59,401 nt of DNA, from positions 1 through 59,401 of IMG/VR virus record IMGVR_UViG_3300009168_000012; one strand, written 5' to 3'. Shown here in pieces: positions 45,657 to 56,165 of the stretch. Origin of the DNA: a virus. Its lineage: Duplodnaviria > Caudoviricetes. The translations under genes and the position numbers were made by a program. A model generated the notes under the pieces. That model was not told where the DNA came from and searched no databases. It saw nothing but the letters and a program-made list of their open reading frames with translations. Numbering within the stretch: position 1 is the first letter of the stretch; every line of letters starts with the position of its first letter.

Positions 45657-47687
45657 ATGAAATATATAAAACTTCTCAACCTTGAATTAAGTAATTTTAA
45701 GGGAATAAGACATTTTCAATTCAATTTAACCAATAACACAAATGTTTATGGTGCCAATGAAACAGGTAAATCAACCCTTAACAGTGCATTCACTTGGTTG
45801 CTGACAGGTAAGGATGAATTTGAAAGGGATGACTTTCAAATCAAGAACACCAAGCTGAAGGAACTGAATAAATTGCCACATGAAGTGACCGGGATTTTGC
45901 AGGTTGATGGTAATGAGGTAAAATTGAAAAGGGTATTCATTGAAAAGTGGGTAAGGGAGAGAGGACAGAAGGAACAGATTTTCAAAGGTCACACAACTGA
46001 ATATTACTTCAATGATGTTCCTGTATCTGCAACAGAATACAATGCCAAGGTGAGTGAGATTATTCCACCTGATTTGATTAAGCTGCTGACAAGTGCCACT
46101 TATTTTAATTCCCTGCATTGGGAAAAGCAAAGACAGCATCTTTTGCGGATTGCTGGCAACATTACCAATGAGCAGGTGATTCAATCATTGCATCATGACC
46201 ATGCAGAAGACTTCACCAATTTGCTGATGGTGATGAATGCAGGTAAGACACTGGAAGAATATAAAAAGGAACTTGCTGCAAAGAAAGCATTGCTGAAGAA
46301 GAAGATTGCAGGTTATCAACCAAGGATTGATGAAGTAAGAAGGAACCGTCCTGAAACTTTTAATTGGCAAGAACTGGAAGAAGAGATTGCAACCAAGGAA
46401 AGAAGGATTGGTGATATAAACCAAATGCTTGAAGATGCTGCACAAAAGGTCAATGTGGCAAATCAGGTGTATGTGACAAAATCAAGGAAATTAAATTCAA
46501 TGGAATTTGACCTTGAAGGGATAAAGGTGAAAGCAAGGAATGAAATATTGTCAAGGCAAAATAAAATTGATGTTGACAAGCATGCAACAGAAATTGAGAT
46601 TCAAAATGTTCAGGCAAAATTCAACAACCTTCAGAATGAAGCATTGGGAAGCAAAAATTATATTGATGGATATAAAAAGAAGATTGAAGAGAACCTTGAA
46701 AAAATTAATGGATTGCGTGAAAGCTGGAAGAAAATCAATGCTTGGAAGTTTCAGTTTGATGATAATGCTGCTGTTTGCCCGACTTGTCACCAATCACTTC
46801 CTGAAGGTGATGTTGCAAGCAAGAAAGAAAATCTGTTGAAAAGTTTCAATGAAAACAAGCAACAGCACTTGAATAATTTGGTGGAGGAATCCAACAGGTT
46901 GAAAGCTGAAAATGCTGACAGGGAAAAAAGCATTAAAGAAATGGGTGTTGACCGTTCAATTGAAATGGAGCATTTGACAATCCTGCTTGATTCACTGAAG
47001 ATGAAGCTGATTGAATTAAGGAAAGCAAGTGCAGCATTTTCACCTGAAGAAACTGATTTAAAGGTTGAAGCATTATTGCATTTGAATGGTGATGCTCTTA
47101 ACCTTGAAGAAGACATTGCAAGACTGAAGAAGGAACTGGAAGGTGGGAAGGTTGGAGATAATGGAACAGATAATCATGTTTATGAAGTTGAGAGAATGAA
47201 CTTAAGAAGTGAGATTGCCAACCTGCAAAAAGCACTGGCAATGAAGAAAGTGGTGGAAGATGCTGATGCAAGAATCAAGGAACTGCAAGGTGAAGAAAGG
47301 CAGACGGCACAAGAGATTGCTGACATTGAGAATGTTGAATTTCAGGTGGAAGAATTTATGAAAGCAAAAATGAACATTCTTGAAGCAAGGGTGAATAAAT
47401 TATTCAAGCATGTGAGATTCAGATTATTTGACAGACAGGTGAATGGTGCTTATGTGGAAGCATGTGTGTGTGAATATGATGGTGTCCCTTATCCAACACT
47501 GAACACTGCTGCAAAGATTCTTGCAGGTGTGGACATTATAAATACATTAAGTAACTTTTATTCAATACATGCACCAATCTTCCTTGACAACAGGGAATCA
47601 ACAGTGTGGATTCCTGAATCACAATCTCAAATCATCAATCTTTATGTGAGTGATGCAGATAAAAAAATGAGGGTTGTAAATTCTTAA
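45657..47687 (+). CDS. SMC/Rad50-like AAA ATPase
   Basis: NFKGI, GANETGKST, long coiled coil with CPTC hook, PIFLDNRES. Confidence 0.9.
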   Translation: MKYIKLLNLELSNFKGIRHFQFNLTNNTNVYGANETGKSTLNSAFTWLLTGKDEFERDDFQIKNTKLKELNKLPHEVTGILQVDGNEVKLKRVFIEKWVRERGQKEQIFKGHTTEYYFNDVPVSATEYNAKVSEIIPPDLIKLLTSATYFNSLHWEKQRQHLLRIAGNITNEQVIQSLHHDHAEDFTNLLMVMNAGKTLEEYKKELAAKKALLKKKIAGYQPRIDEVRRNRPETFNWQELEEEIATKERRIGDINQMLEDAAQKVNVANQVYVTKSRKLNSMEFDLEGIKVKARNEILSRQNKIDVDKHATEIEIQNVQAKFNNLQNEALGSKNYIDGYKKKIEENLEKINGLRESWKKINAWKFQFDDNAAVCPTCHQSLPEGDVASKKENLLKSFNENKQQHLNNLVEESNRLKAENADREKSIKEMGVDRSIEMEHLTILLDSLKMKLIELRKASAAFSPEETDLKVEALLHLNGDALNLEEDIARLKKELEGGKVGDNGTDNHVYEVERMNLRSEIANLQKALAMKKVVEDADARIKELQGEERQTAQEIADIENVEFQVEEFMKAKMNILEARVNKLFKHVRFRLFDRQVNGAYVEACVCEYDGVPYPTLNTAAKILAGVDIINTLSNFYSIHAPIFLDNRESTVWIPESQSQIINLYVSDADKKMRVVNS

Positions 47688-47720
47688 TCATATTATATTT
47701 GGACAATAAAATTTTTTATC

Positions 47721-48518
47721 ATGGCAAACGATATTCAGCAACAAAACAATCAGGTGTCAACAAGGACACCAAAAGAAAATTTCCTTGCAATCATTGATGC
47801 ACCTGCTGTCAAAAAAAGATTTTCAGAAGTATTGCAAGACACTGCACCTGCATTCATGGGAAGCATGATTGAATTGTTCAATGGTGACACATACCTTCAG
47901 AAGTGCAAACCACTGGACATTGTAAATGAAGCACTGAAAGCTGCTGTCTTAAAGTTAGCCATTAATAAATCATTGGGTTTTGCTTATATCATTCCATATA
48001 AGGACAAACCACAAATGATGATTGGGTACAAAGGATTGATTCAACTGGCCATGAGAACAGGACAATACAGGTTCATCAATGCTGACTTGGTGTATGAAGG
48101 AGAGTTTCAGAAGAAGGATAAATTGACAGGTGAATTTGATATGAATGGTGAGAAGAAGAGTGACAAGGTGGTTGGTTTTTTTGCTTACATTGAATTACTC
48201 AATGGGTTCAGCAAAACCTTATACATGACAGTTGAACAAATCACAAGGCATGCAAAGAAGTATTCAAAAACATATGGCAGTGACAATGGGATTTGGCAAA
48301 AGGAATTTGATGCAATGGCACTGAAGACAGTGTTGAGGAACCTGCTGTCTCATTATGGGTATCTCTCAATTGAAATGTCTGCTGCACTCAATCAGGACAT
48401 GGAAGGTGATTCAGTGGAAGAAAAAGTTCAGGGTGAGATTAGAGGGAATGCCAACACTGAAGAAATTGCATTCACTGAAGTCAATGAACAACAACCTGAA
48501 GACAATTGTCCAATCTAA
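47721..48518 (+). CDS. recT: RecT-family recombinase
   Basis: LGFAYIIPYK..IGYKGLIQLAMRTGQY..FDAMALKTVLR. Confidence 0.93.
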   Translation: MANDIQQQNNQVSTRTPKENFLAIIDAPAVKKRFSEVLQDTAPAFMGSMIELFNGDTYLQKCKPLDIVNEALKAAVLKLAINKSLGFAYIIPYKDKPQMMIGYKGLIQLAMRTGQYRFINADLVYEGEFQKKDKLTGEFDMNGEKKSDKVVGFFAYIELLNGFSKTLYMTVEQITRHAKKYSKTYGSDNGIWQKEFDAMALKTVLRNLLSHYGYLSIEMSAALNQDMEGDSVEEKVQGEIRGNANTEEIAFTEVNEQQPEDNCPI

Positions 48519-48527
48519 AATTTTCAA

Positions 48528-48749
48528 ATGGAATATTCAAAAGCAGGAAGGTTTACTTTGACAGTTCAGGAAGAAGCATTGTTGCAAACATTATTGGATG
48601 AAACAGGGTTTGTGTTAAGCAGATACGGAAGTCCAACAATTGTGATGGAAAATAAAAAAATCAGGGTTCTTGTATATGGGAACCATAAGAAATTTTATAA
48701 AACAATTGAAGCAGCAATCAACAGCATCTTAAATATGGAAAAACCATAA
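48528..48749 (+). CDS. Hypothetical protein
   Basis: 73-aa ORF. Confidence 0.65.
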   Translation: MEYSKAGRFTLTVQEEALLQTLLDETGFVLSRYGSPTIVMENKKIRVLVYGNHKKFYKTIEAAINSILNMEKP

Positions 48750-48750
48750 A

Positions 48751-49479
48751 ATGAAATTGAAAGTCCTTGGAAGCAGCAGTGCAGGAAATTGTTATCTTCT
48801 TCAAGCATCAGATGGAACCTTGATTGTTGAAGCAGGTGTGCATATCAAAAAAATCAAGGAAGGTCTTGGTTTCAACCTGTCAAAAGTGGTTGGCTGCATC
48901 ATCACCCATTCACACCAAGACCATTGCAGGAGTGCAACCAATTTGATGACAGCAGGTGTTGATGTGTATATGAGTGCATTGGAAGCACAAAGATTGGGCA
49001 TTGACACTTATCACAGGTTGAACCGTTTAAAAGGTGGCAATGTGGCAAAGATTGGGAATTTTGAGGTGTTGCCATTCAGCATCCAACATGACACACCTGA
49101 CCCACTTGGGTTCCTTATCAAGCATCCTGAATGTGGAACCGTTTTATTTTTGACTGATTCCTTTTACAGCAAATACACCTTTAAAGGATTGAACAATATT
49201 ATTGTTGAATGCAATTTTGAGGAAGAGATAATTGACAACAATAACACACCAAATTTTTTGAGGAATCGGATTTATGGAAGTCACATGCATTTGAAAACCT
49301 GTAAGGAGTTATTATTAAGGAATGATTTATCTGCTGTCAATAATATTGTTCTGATTCATTTAAGCAATACCAATGCAGATGAGGTGAGGTTTCAAAAAGA
49401 AATATCTGAACTTACTGGAAAGACTGTCACTGCTGCAAGAAGTGGAACAGTGATTGAATTTAACAAGCAACCTTTTTGA
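48751..49479 (+). CDS. MBL-fold metallo-hydrolase (nuclease)
   Basis: GSSSAGN, THSHQDH, HD, TD, IHLS. Confidence 0.92.
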   Translation: MKLKVLGSSSAGNCYLLQASDGTLIVEAGVHIKKIKEGLGFNLSKVVGCIITHSHQDHCRSATNLMTAGVDVYMSALEAQRLGIDTYHRLNRLKGGNVAKIGNFEVLPFSIQHDTPDPLGFLIKHPECGTVLFLTDSFYSKYTFKGLNNIIVECNFEEEIIDNNNTPNFLRNRIYGSHMHLKTCKELLLRNDLSAVNNIVLIHLSNTNADEVRFQKEISELTGKTVTAARSGTVIEFNKQPF

Positions 49480-49730
49480 TGAAGCAGGAAGAATATATCA
49501 CTGATGAATTTTTGGAAGCAAATGGTTTTGTCATTGATGGTGTTGATTATTGGTTTACACAATGGAGATTAAATAACAGTAAGATATTATTCAGAAGGGT
49601 TGATGGGAAAGTATTTGGAACCATTGGGTTTGATTTGGATGGATTCTTCCTTGCAATCAGCAGAAAGATATTTTTAAAAACTGAACTTAAAATAATACTT
49701 GACACCATATGCCAACCAATGAAGAAATAA
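49479..49730 (+). CDS. Hypothetical protein
   Basis: ITDEFLEANGF motif; coupled start. Confidence 0.65.
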   Translation: MKQEEYITDEFLEANGFVIDGVDYWFTQWRLNNSKILFRRVDGKVFGTIGFDLDGFFLAISRKIFLKTELKIILDTICQPMKK

Positions 49731-50152
49731 AACTTGTGGCAGGATTTATGGGATGGTCTGAAGTTGGGGCAATAAGAAGGTTCATTTTCTTTGGAAGGAA
49801 AAATTCAATTTACAAGCATGCTGATGGAAGACTTACCATGTTCAGCACTTTAAAAAGGTTTTATTCATTTGATGGATTATATCACATTGTTGATGAAATA
49901 TGCACACTGAAGAAATATGAAACTGAAATTGAATTAAGGTGGTATGCACAAGTTGCATGGATTGAATCATTCAATGGGAAAACCGGAATTTGGGAAGTGG
50001 AATTTGATGGAACTTTTTTTAATCAGTTGGGATTCCAGAATGAAAGGATTGAAATACCTTATCATTCAATTAAAGCAAATAACAGGAAACAAGCAGTGTG
50101 GAATGCAATCATTGTCTTCATTAAATGGTATGATTTGCAGGATGCTTTGTGA
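49709..50152 (+). CDS. Hypothetical protein
   Basis: LVAGFMGW..AVWNAIIVFIKWY. Confidence 0.7.
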   Translation: MPTNEEIKLVAGFMGWSEVGAIRRFIFFGRKNSIYKHADGRLTMFSTLKRFYSFDGLYHIVDEICTLKKYETEIELRWYAQVAWIESFNGKTGIWEVEFDGTFFNQLGFQNERIEIPYHSIKANNRKQAVWNAIIVFIKWYDLQDAL

Positions 50153-50243
50153 AAATTATAGTTGATGGTTTTTTGAATTGTTGAAATTGTGACAGGGAAG
50201 GAAGTATTTCAATGCATGCTTCCCTTTTTTTAAAAAAATTTTT

Positions 50244-50417
50244 ATGGCTGAAAAAAGTTTCTCAACTGAATTGATTGCTGATTATGTCTTAAGAATGGAA
50301 AAAAGAATTATCATTCTGGAATGGGTTGTTGGCATTGTCTCAATGATTGCACTTGCTTCACTTTATGGTGTATGTGTTTTATTAAATGAGCATTATCATT
50401 GGATTGTTAATAAGTAA
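50244..50417 (+). CDS. Small membrane protein (57 aa), paralog of 315-449
   Basis: LEWVVGIVSMIALASLYGVCVLLNEHY, manually translated. Confidence 0.65.
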   Translation: MAEKSFSTELIADYVLRMEKRIIILEWVVGIVSMIALASLYGVCVLLNEHYHWIVNK

Positions 50418-50433
50418 CTTTTAAATAATAATC

Positions 50434-51066
50434 ATGGAAGGTGTTTCAAGTCTTTATCAGGAAAAGGAAGAAAAGGGTGCAGCAGTGATAAAAAAATTCA
50501 CTGTTGGTGAAGAAGCTGCAAGAAGATACAATTTTCATTCAGCAATCAGGACAGGTTCAATGGTTGAAAGGATTGAAGCAGGGAATTATGTGAAGCTGGA
50601 AATTGATGGTGAAGTTTTCATGAGTGATACACCAATGGAGAAGAGAACCAATTTTGATTTTGTGGAGCATGCAAATGGAAGGGTGTTCATTGCAGGGTTG
50701 GGAATTGGTTTGATTGTTCACAATATCCTGAAGAAGAAAAATGTGAAGGAAGTGGTGGTGATGGAAATAAGCAGTGATGTGATTGACCTTGTTGCACCAA
50801 AATTTGCACATGACAAAAGGGTGAAGATTGTTCAGGGTGATGTGCTGGAATGGAAACCAAATAAGGGTGAATTGTTTGATACAATTTATTTTGACATTTG
50901 GTATGATGTGAGTGCAAGGAATTATGAGCAGATGAAGAAGCTGCACAAGAATTTCAAATACAACCTGAACCGGAAGAATCAAAATGCATTCATGTCATCA
51001 TGGAGGAAGGACACAACAGTTGCAATGGTGAGGGAAGATAAAAGGAGCAGGTGGGGCAGGTGGTAA
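50434..51066 (+). CDS. Spermidine-synthase-like SAM methyltransferase
   Basis: MSDTPME, VFIAGLGIG, EISSDVI, FDTIYFDIW. Confidence 0.8.
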   Translation: MEGVSSLYQEKEEKGAAVIKKFTVGEEAARRYNFHSAIRTGSMVERIEAGNYVKLEIDGEVFMSDTPMEKRTNFDFVEHANGRVFIAGLGIGLIVHNILKKKNVKEVVVMEISSDVIDLVAPKFAHDKRVKIVQGDVLEWKPNKGELFDTIYFDIWYDVSARNYEQMKKLHKNFKYNLNRKNQNAFMSSWRKDTTVAMVREDKRSRWGRW

Positions 51067-51139
51067 AAATTTGTTTTGCTGAATATTAATTGCGGGTGTT
51101 TCCACACCTGCTTTTTAAATAAGATTTAATCAATAAACA

Positions 51140-51433
51140 ATGGAAATTCAAGGACACATTATTAAGGAATCAGAGATTGTTGGGATTGGGCCACTGATGG
51201 TGAAAGCAAGTCCTGATGCAATTGACAGGCAGGTTTATAATACAAAAAAATTACTGTATGACATACACTTAAGGGAAAGGTCAATCATTATTGAGAGCAA
51301 TTTTTTGAATGTTGGTTATGGTGACAACACAACAGATGAAGAAGAAAAAGCAAGACAGGATTGGAAGGATTTTTCTGCTGAATATCACAAGGTCAAATTG
51401 GCTGTTTCTGAACTCATCAAATCCATTCCATGA
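51140..51433 (+). CDS. Hypothetical protein
   Basis: 97-aa ORF. Confidence 0.7.
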   Translation: MEIQGHIIKESEIVGIGPLMVKASPDAIDRQVYNTKKLLYDIHLRERSIIIESNFLNVGYGDNTTDEEEKARQDWKDFSAEYHKVKLAVSELIKSIP

Positions 51434-51843
51434 AACCAAAGAATGTTGCCACCATTGAAGCCATTTACAAGCTGATTGATGAAGTGCAATCTTATCTGGA
51501 AGCACATTATGAAACAGACAACATTGCTGCTTGCATTGACCGTTTAAGGTATCTGGAAGGGTATCTTGCCACCACCGGAAAAGCATTGGCAGATTCCAAG
51601 TATTATTTGAGGGAAACCACTGAAGCAAGTGTGATGCTGGCGAAAGCAAAATATGCTGAACTGTCACCCTCAACCCTGAACAAATTCATTGAATCCATAT
51701 GCAGGGAAAATGCATATTTGGTTGACCGTCTTGACAGACTGAACAGTGGTTGCACTCATCAGTTGGATGCAACAAGGACAGTGATTTCAACCCTTAAGGA
51801 AGAGTTGAAAATAACCAATTATTTTCAGGGGAAAGGTGCTTAA
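51430..51843 (+). CDS. Hypothetical helical protein
   Basis: DRLNSGCTHQLDATRTVIS..KEE. Confidence 0.75.
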   Translation: MKPKNVATIEAIYKLIDEVQSYLEAHYETDNIAACIDRLRYLEGYLATTGKALADSKYYLRETTEASVMLAKAKYAELSPSTLNKFIESICRENAYLVDRLDRLNSGCTHQLDATRTVISTLKEELKITNYFQGKGA

Positions 51844-51925
51844 TTTAGCCGTCCAACTTTAAAAAAAGAAAGGCATGAGGTCAACAACTCATCAAATAAT
51901 AATCAACCGTCCACCATGAGATAAA

Positions 51926-51960
51926 AAAATCCCTGCATGAACCAAGATGCAGGGATTTTT
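51926..51960. terminator. Bidirectional terminator
   Basis: AAAAATCCCTGCAT/ATGCAGGGATTTTT. Confidence 0.75.
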
Positions 51961-52033
51961 AATTTCAACCGGGAGTAAAAAATGAATCACCATGTCAATA
52001 ATGAATCATCATGTCAAATAAAAACAAATTATC

Positions 52034-52351
52034 ATGGATAAAGATAGTAGATTTTTAGCAGTTTGTTTATCAGGGTTAACAAATCAGGATTGGTATAAGT
52101 CAATGCCACTTGAATATCAAATCCTTTGGCTTGAAGTTGTTGCACTGAATGTTCCAAATGAAGGGATATTGAACAATGTGCAAGCAAGGATTATGGATTA
52201 TAATTTAAGAAGTATTTCAACAAGAGATTCATTGGTCACTGCTGAAAAAGCACTGACCTTTTTTAATGCCGGGAAGAATCGTGTTAAGGTGATAAATCAG
52301 CATACATGGTTGATTTTGAATGTTTCAGAATACTTGCCCGACTATTTTTAA
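52034..52351 (+). CDS. Stand-alone paralog of initiator N-terminal domain
   Basis: DWYKSMPLEY..AEKALTFFNAGKNRVKVI vs DWYMAMPLSY..ADKALAFFNAGKERIKVI. Confidence 0.75.
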   Translation: MDKDSRFLAVCLSGLTNQDWYKSMPLEYQILWLEVVALNVPNEGILNNVQARIMDYNLRSISTRDSLVTAEKALTFFNAGKNRVKVINQHTWLILNVSEYLPDYF

Positions 52352-52370
52352 ACCTTTTCAATTTTATCAT

Positions 52371-53576
52371 ATGTCAAAAAGATTCATTGACACCAATCTT
52401 GACCAAGAAGATTGGTACATGGCAATGCCATTGAGTTATCAACATTTTTGGGTGCATTTATTTTCCAAGTGTGACCATGCGGGACTGTTCAGGGTGAACA
52501 CCAAGGACTTCAATTTCAAGCATCATGCAAGGGTTCTTGCTGATAAGGCATTGGCTTTTTTTAATGCAGGTAAGGAGCGAATAAAAGTCATAAAGGATGG
52601 GTTGTGGTATATTGTTGACTTCTGTTCTTTTCAGTATGGAAGCATAAAAAATCTCAACAATCATGTGAATGCATCCATTAATAATATCCATAAAAAATAT
52701 GGGATTACTGAAGGATTGGACAATAAAAAAATGGACACTGTTGATGAGTTAAAAATGCCTGAAAATGTTTCAGAATGTTTCAAGTCGTTTCAGACTGTTT
52801 TGGGTGAAGCACAAAATGTTGATAATCAACAGACTTCAAAGGTGGGTTCAAAGTGGGGGGTAAATACATTGTATTTAAATAATACTCTTAATAAGAAAGA
52901 ATTAAATACAAATACAGAAATACAGAATACAGAAAACAGTGTTGAAGATTTAAGAGCAAAGGAAACCGAACAGTTAAAAAAAGAAAATGAAGAGTTAAAG
53001 AAAAAATTAAAAAAGCTGGAAGAAAAATCACTTGAACTTTTGAAACAGAATTTTAAAAATTCAAAAAATGAAAAAACAGAACTCTTCCAAAAACCTGAAC
53101 CGATTCTGGAAATTCCTGCTGAACCGGAAAAACCCACCGAAAAAGAACAAACCCAACAACAACCGGAAAAACCAAAAGAACCAATAAAACCTTCCAAACC
53201 TGCAAACAACTTCCCTGTATCTGAAGGGAACAAATGCACCCTGACACCTGCAATGATTGACAAGGCAAGGGAAATTTACAAAAGGGCAAGGATGGTGCTG
53301 CTGACACCTGAAGAGGTGTTGAATTATTATGAACTCTTCAAGCTGGAAAAGTTCAATGGGTGCAATTTTTATCAATCCCTGAATGATGTGCTCAACCATT
53401 TCCACAATTGGCTGAAGCAACAGAAGCATGTTCCACTGAAGAAACCTGAACAGGCAAGACCGGAAACAGTTTTTGTTGGGAATGTTGATATTGCAACTGC
53501 TGCTTATTTTGAAAGGATGAGAATGGTTGAAAGGGAACTTGCAGCAGCAGCAGCAGAAAAAATGAAAATTGCATGA
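52371..53576 (+). CDS. Replication initiator / replisome organiser (putative)
   Basis: KRFIDT..DWY..CDHAG..DFCSFQYG N-domain, repetitive linker, HFHNWLK C-domain; upstream of dnaB. Confidence 0.75.
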   Translation: MSKRFIDTNLDQEDWYMAMPLSYQHFWVHLFSKCDHAGLFRVNTKDFNFKHHARVLADKALAFFNAGKERIKVIKDGLWYIVDFCSFQYGSIKNLNNHVNASINNIHKKYGITEGLDNKKMDTVDELKMPENVSECFKSFQTVLGEAQNVDNQQTSKVGSKWGVNTLYLNNTLNKKELNTNTEIQNTENSVEDLRAKETEQLKKENEELKKKLKKLEEKSLELLKQNFKNSKNEKTELFQKPEPILEIPAEPEKPTEKEQTQQQPEKPKEPIKPSKPANNFPVSEGNKCTLTPAMIDKAREIYKRARMVLLTPEEVLNYYELFKLEKFNGCNFYQSLNDVLNHFHNWLKQQKHVPLKKPEQARPETVFVGNVDIATAAYFERMRMVERELAAAAAEKMKIA

Positions 53577-53756
53577 TGCTGCAAAAATTGGGTGGCATGC
53601 AGCCAATATCCAACCAATAACCGATAAAATTTCATTTGGATTCTGCATGCCAGCCATGAAGCTAAAAAAGGCATTTAATATGGAAGAGAAAGGATAAACA
53701 TTGCACAACAAAAAGTGCAGTGTAATAAGTAACTTTTGCCCTAAAATTTAATATCA

Positions 53757-55205
53757 ATGAATTACGAAAAAGGAAAGCATTATGATGTGGAACTTGAAAT
53801 GGGAATCATTGGTGCTTGTCTGCTGGAAGCTGATGCAGTTGCAAGGATTTTTGGATTAATCAAACCTCTTCACTTTTATGATGACAAGAATGCTTTTTTA
53901 ATAAAGCATATTTTTTTCATGTGGGACAACAGCATCCAAATTGATTTACTGACAGTCACAATCACTGCTGATGAAGAAGAATGGAAAAAAATCAGCACCA
54001 TTGATATGAGGTATTATGCAACCATGACAACCAATGCTGTTGTGAGTTCTGCACACATTGAAACATGGTGCTTTTATTTGAGACAGTTTGCAGGAAGAAG
54101 AATGTTGCTGAAGATGCAAATGGAAGCAGGTGCTTTTGATGACCCTGTTGAGGGTGCATTGTTTGCAAAAAAAATGATTGCAGAAATATTTGAAGTGAAA
54201 GCTGATGATGATTGGGAAACACTGGAAGAAGTGTTCACCAAAAAATTGGTTCCACATATGGACATGGTGAGAGGGAAAGACGTTATTGGTATCACAACAG
54301 GTTTCAGGAATGTCAATGATATGATTCATGGATTCCAGCCAACACAATTGATTGTTATTGGTGCAAGACCTTCCATTGGTAAATCTGCATTTGCTGAAGC
54401 AATGGTGCTTGCAGCAGCAAAGGATGACAAGTGTGTTGGTGTCATCACACTGGAAATGCCAAACAAGCAAGTTGCAGGAAGATTGTTAAGCATGGACAGT
54501 GGTTTTGAATTTTGGCGAATTTGGAGGAACAGGTTGAATGAAGACCAATATCAGGAATTGACATGGAAAATGTCAAAGATGACAAAATTAAAAATTTACT
54601 TTTCAGACCAAACAGGAATCAATATCTCAACCCTTAAAGCAAAGGCACACAAGCTGAAAAAGAAATATGGTTTGGATATTCTCTTCATTGATTACCTGCA
54701 ATTGATTGACCCTGATTCAGTGAAAGGAACCACAAGGGAAAGGGAAGTTGCAAAAATGAGTTGGGCATGCAAAACCCTTGCAATGGATTTGCAAATCCCT
54801 GTCATCCTGTTGGCACAATTAAACAGGGGAAGTGAAGCAACCAATGATAAAATCCCAAGGATGCACAACTTAAGGGAATCAGGAGCAATTGAACAAGATG
54901 CTGATGTGGTGATGATGCTGCACCGGAATTTATTACTTGAAGCTGAATTAAAAAAACAAGGTGATTTTGGGCCTTATGAAACACTTTTACTTATTGAGAA
55001 GAACAGGAATGGTTCAATTGGAGAATTGAAGATTTTATTCAAACCTGAACAAATGCTGTTTTATGAAGATACTTCATTCATGATTCCAGTGATTCCACTG
55101 AATCCTGTTCCTGCACTTCCAGTTCCAAAAATTTCACCTGCAATTGATTGGTATGACAATGACACTGATGATGATGAAGAAGAACGTGACACCAACCCAT
55201 TTTAA
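53757..55205 (+). CDS. dnaB: Replicative DNA helicase
   Basis: GARPSIGKS, TLEM, IDYLQLI, AQLNR, LRESGAIEQDAD, KNRNG. Confidence 0.97.
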   Translation: MNYEKGKHYDVELEMGIIGACLLEADAVARIFGLIKPLHFYDDKNAFLIKHIFFMWDNSIQIDLLTVTITADEEEWKKISTIDMRYYATMTTNAVVSSAHIETWCFYLRQFAGRRMLLKMQMEAGAFDDPVEGALFAKKMIAEIFEVKADDDWETLEEVFTKKLVPHMDMVRGKDVIGITTGFRNVNDMIHGFQPTQLIVIGARPSIGKSAFAEAMVLAAAKDDKCVGVITLEMPNKQVAGRLLSMDSGFEFWRIWRNRLNEDQYQELTWKMSKMTKLKIYFSDQTGINISTLKAKAHKLKKKYGLDILFIDYLQLIDPDSVKGTTREREVAKMSWACKTLAMDLQIPVILLAQLNRGSEATNDKIPRMHNLRESGAIEQDADVVMMLHRNLLLEAELKKQGDFGPYETLLLIEKNRNGSIGELKILFKPEQMLFYEDTSFMIPVIPLNPVPALPVPKISPAIDWYDNDTDDDEEERDTNPF

Positions 55206-55288
55206 AAAATGTCCAAAAAAATTTGGCAGTCTGAATTTTATCTTCCAATATTGTCCAGAATTTAAAAACCAATAAAATTTAAAACACC

Positions 55289-55957
55289 ATGAATCAAGAC
55301 ACTTATGTTATGAACCTCAATGAATCCATGCAACAAAGAATCATCAAAGTTTTAAAAGGAGAGGGAAGAAGCATTGCAGAACTTGCAGTGCAGGTTGAAA
55401 AGTTAATGCCTGAATACAATGAAAAAAGAAACTTTTATGAATCGGTGAAAAGGGATTTTGATTCAGTGCAAGCACAGATGGATGCACTGAAAGATGAAAT
55501 CAAAGAAGCTGAACAAATTGTCAATGTCATTGCTCATTTCAAAGAAAAAGATTCAGTGACAAAGATTTTGAAAGGTGTGAAACTTGGAACAAAAAAAGAA
55601 GGAAAGCAGTCACCCAAAAAGATTGGTTGGTTGGATGGTCAAAGAAGAATCTTGGAAAAAGAAAACCGCTTTTTATCTTGGGATGAACTTTGGGCTGGAA
55701 TGGCAAAGGATGAAACAATCCAAGAAGCTGCAACAAAAACAAAAACAGGATTCCACAATGCAAAAGCTGCTGCATTCAATAACCTGAACAATCATTGCCA
55801 AGCTGCAAACAATCCAAGAGGAAGGTTTATTATCATGTATAAAGAAAAATATGGATTGACTGAATGGTTGGATGAATCAGGAGTTGTGAGGGTTGACCAT
55901 TTGAAGGAGTTCATGCATAATCTTCCAATCAGACCATTGAAGGTTGTGTCTGCATAA
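55289..55957 (+). CDS. Coiled-coil protein with possible winged-helix C-domain
   Basis: 222-aa ORF. Confidence 0.7.
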   Translation: MNQDTYVMNLNESMQQRIIKVLKGEGRSIAELAVQVEKLMPEYNEKRNFYESVKRDFDSVQAQMDALKDEIKEAEQIVNVIAHFKEKDSVTKILKGVKLGTKKEGKQSPKKIGWLDGQRRILEKENRFLSWDELWAGMAKDETIQEAATKTKTGFHNAKAAAFNNLNNHCQAANNPRGRFIIMYKEKYGLTEWLDESGVVRVDHLKEFMHNLPIRPLKVVSA

Positions 55958-55994
55958 ACCAATAAAATTTTTTTAAACAATAAGTAAAAGTCAA

Positions 55995-56165
55995 ATGACA
56001 ATGGCAAAGAAAAAAGAAATTGAAATTGAAAGTATTGAAATGCAGGTGGCCCACCTGCAGCAAAAGTGGGGCAAAAAGCATTTAAAGCATATTGCTCCCA
56101 TTGAAGATGAAATTAACCAACTGAAAATCCGATTAACTAAACTAAGAAACGGAAATCACAAATGA
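55995..56165 (+). CDS. Hypothetical protein (56 aa)
   Basis: Manually translated; stop overlaps next ATG. Confidence 0.55.
   Translation: MTMAKKKEIEIESIEMQVAHLQQKWGKKHLKHIAPIEDEINQLKIRLTKLRNGNHK

Noticed and set aside
45657-49479. SMC-like ATPase plus MBL nuclease as a defence system
   Set aside because: AAA-RecT-MBL is a common phage recombination module
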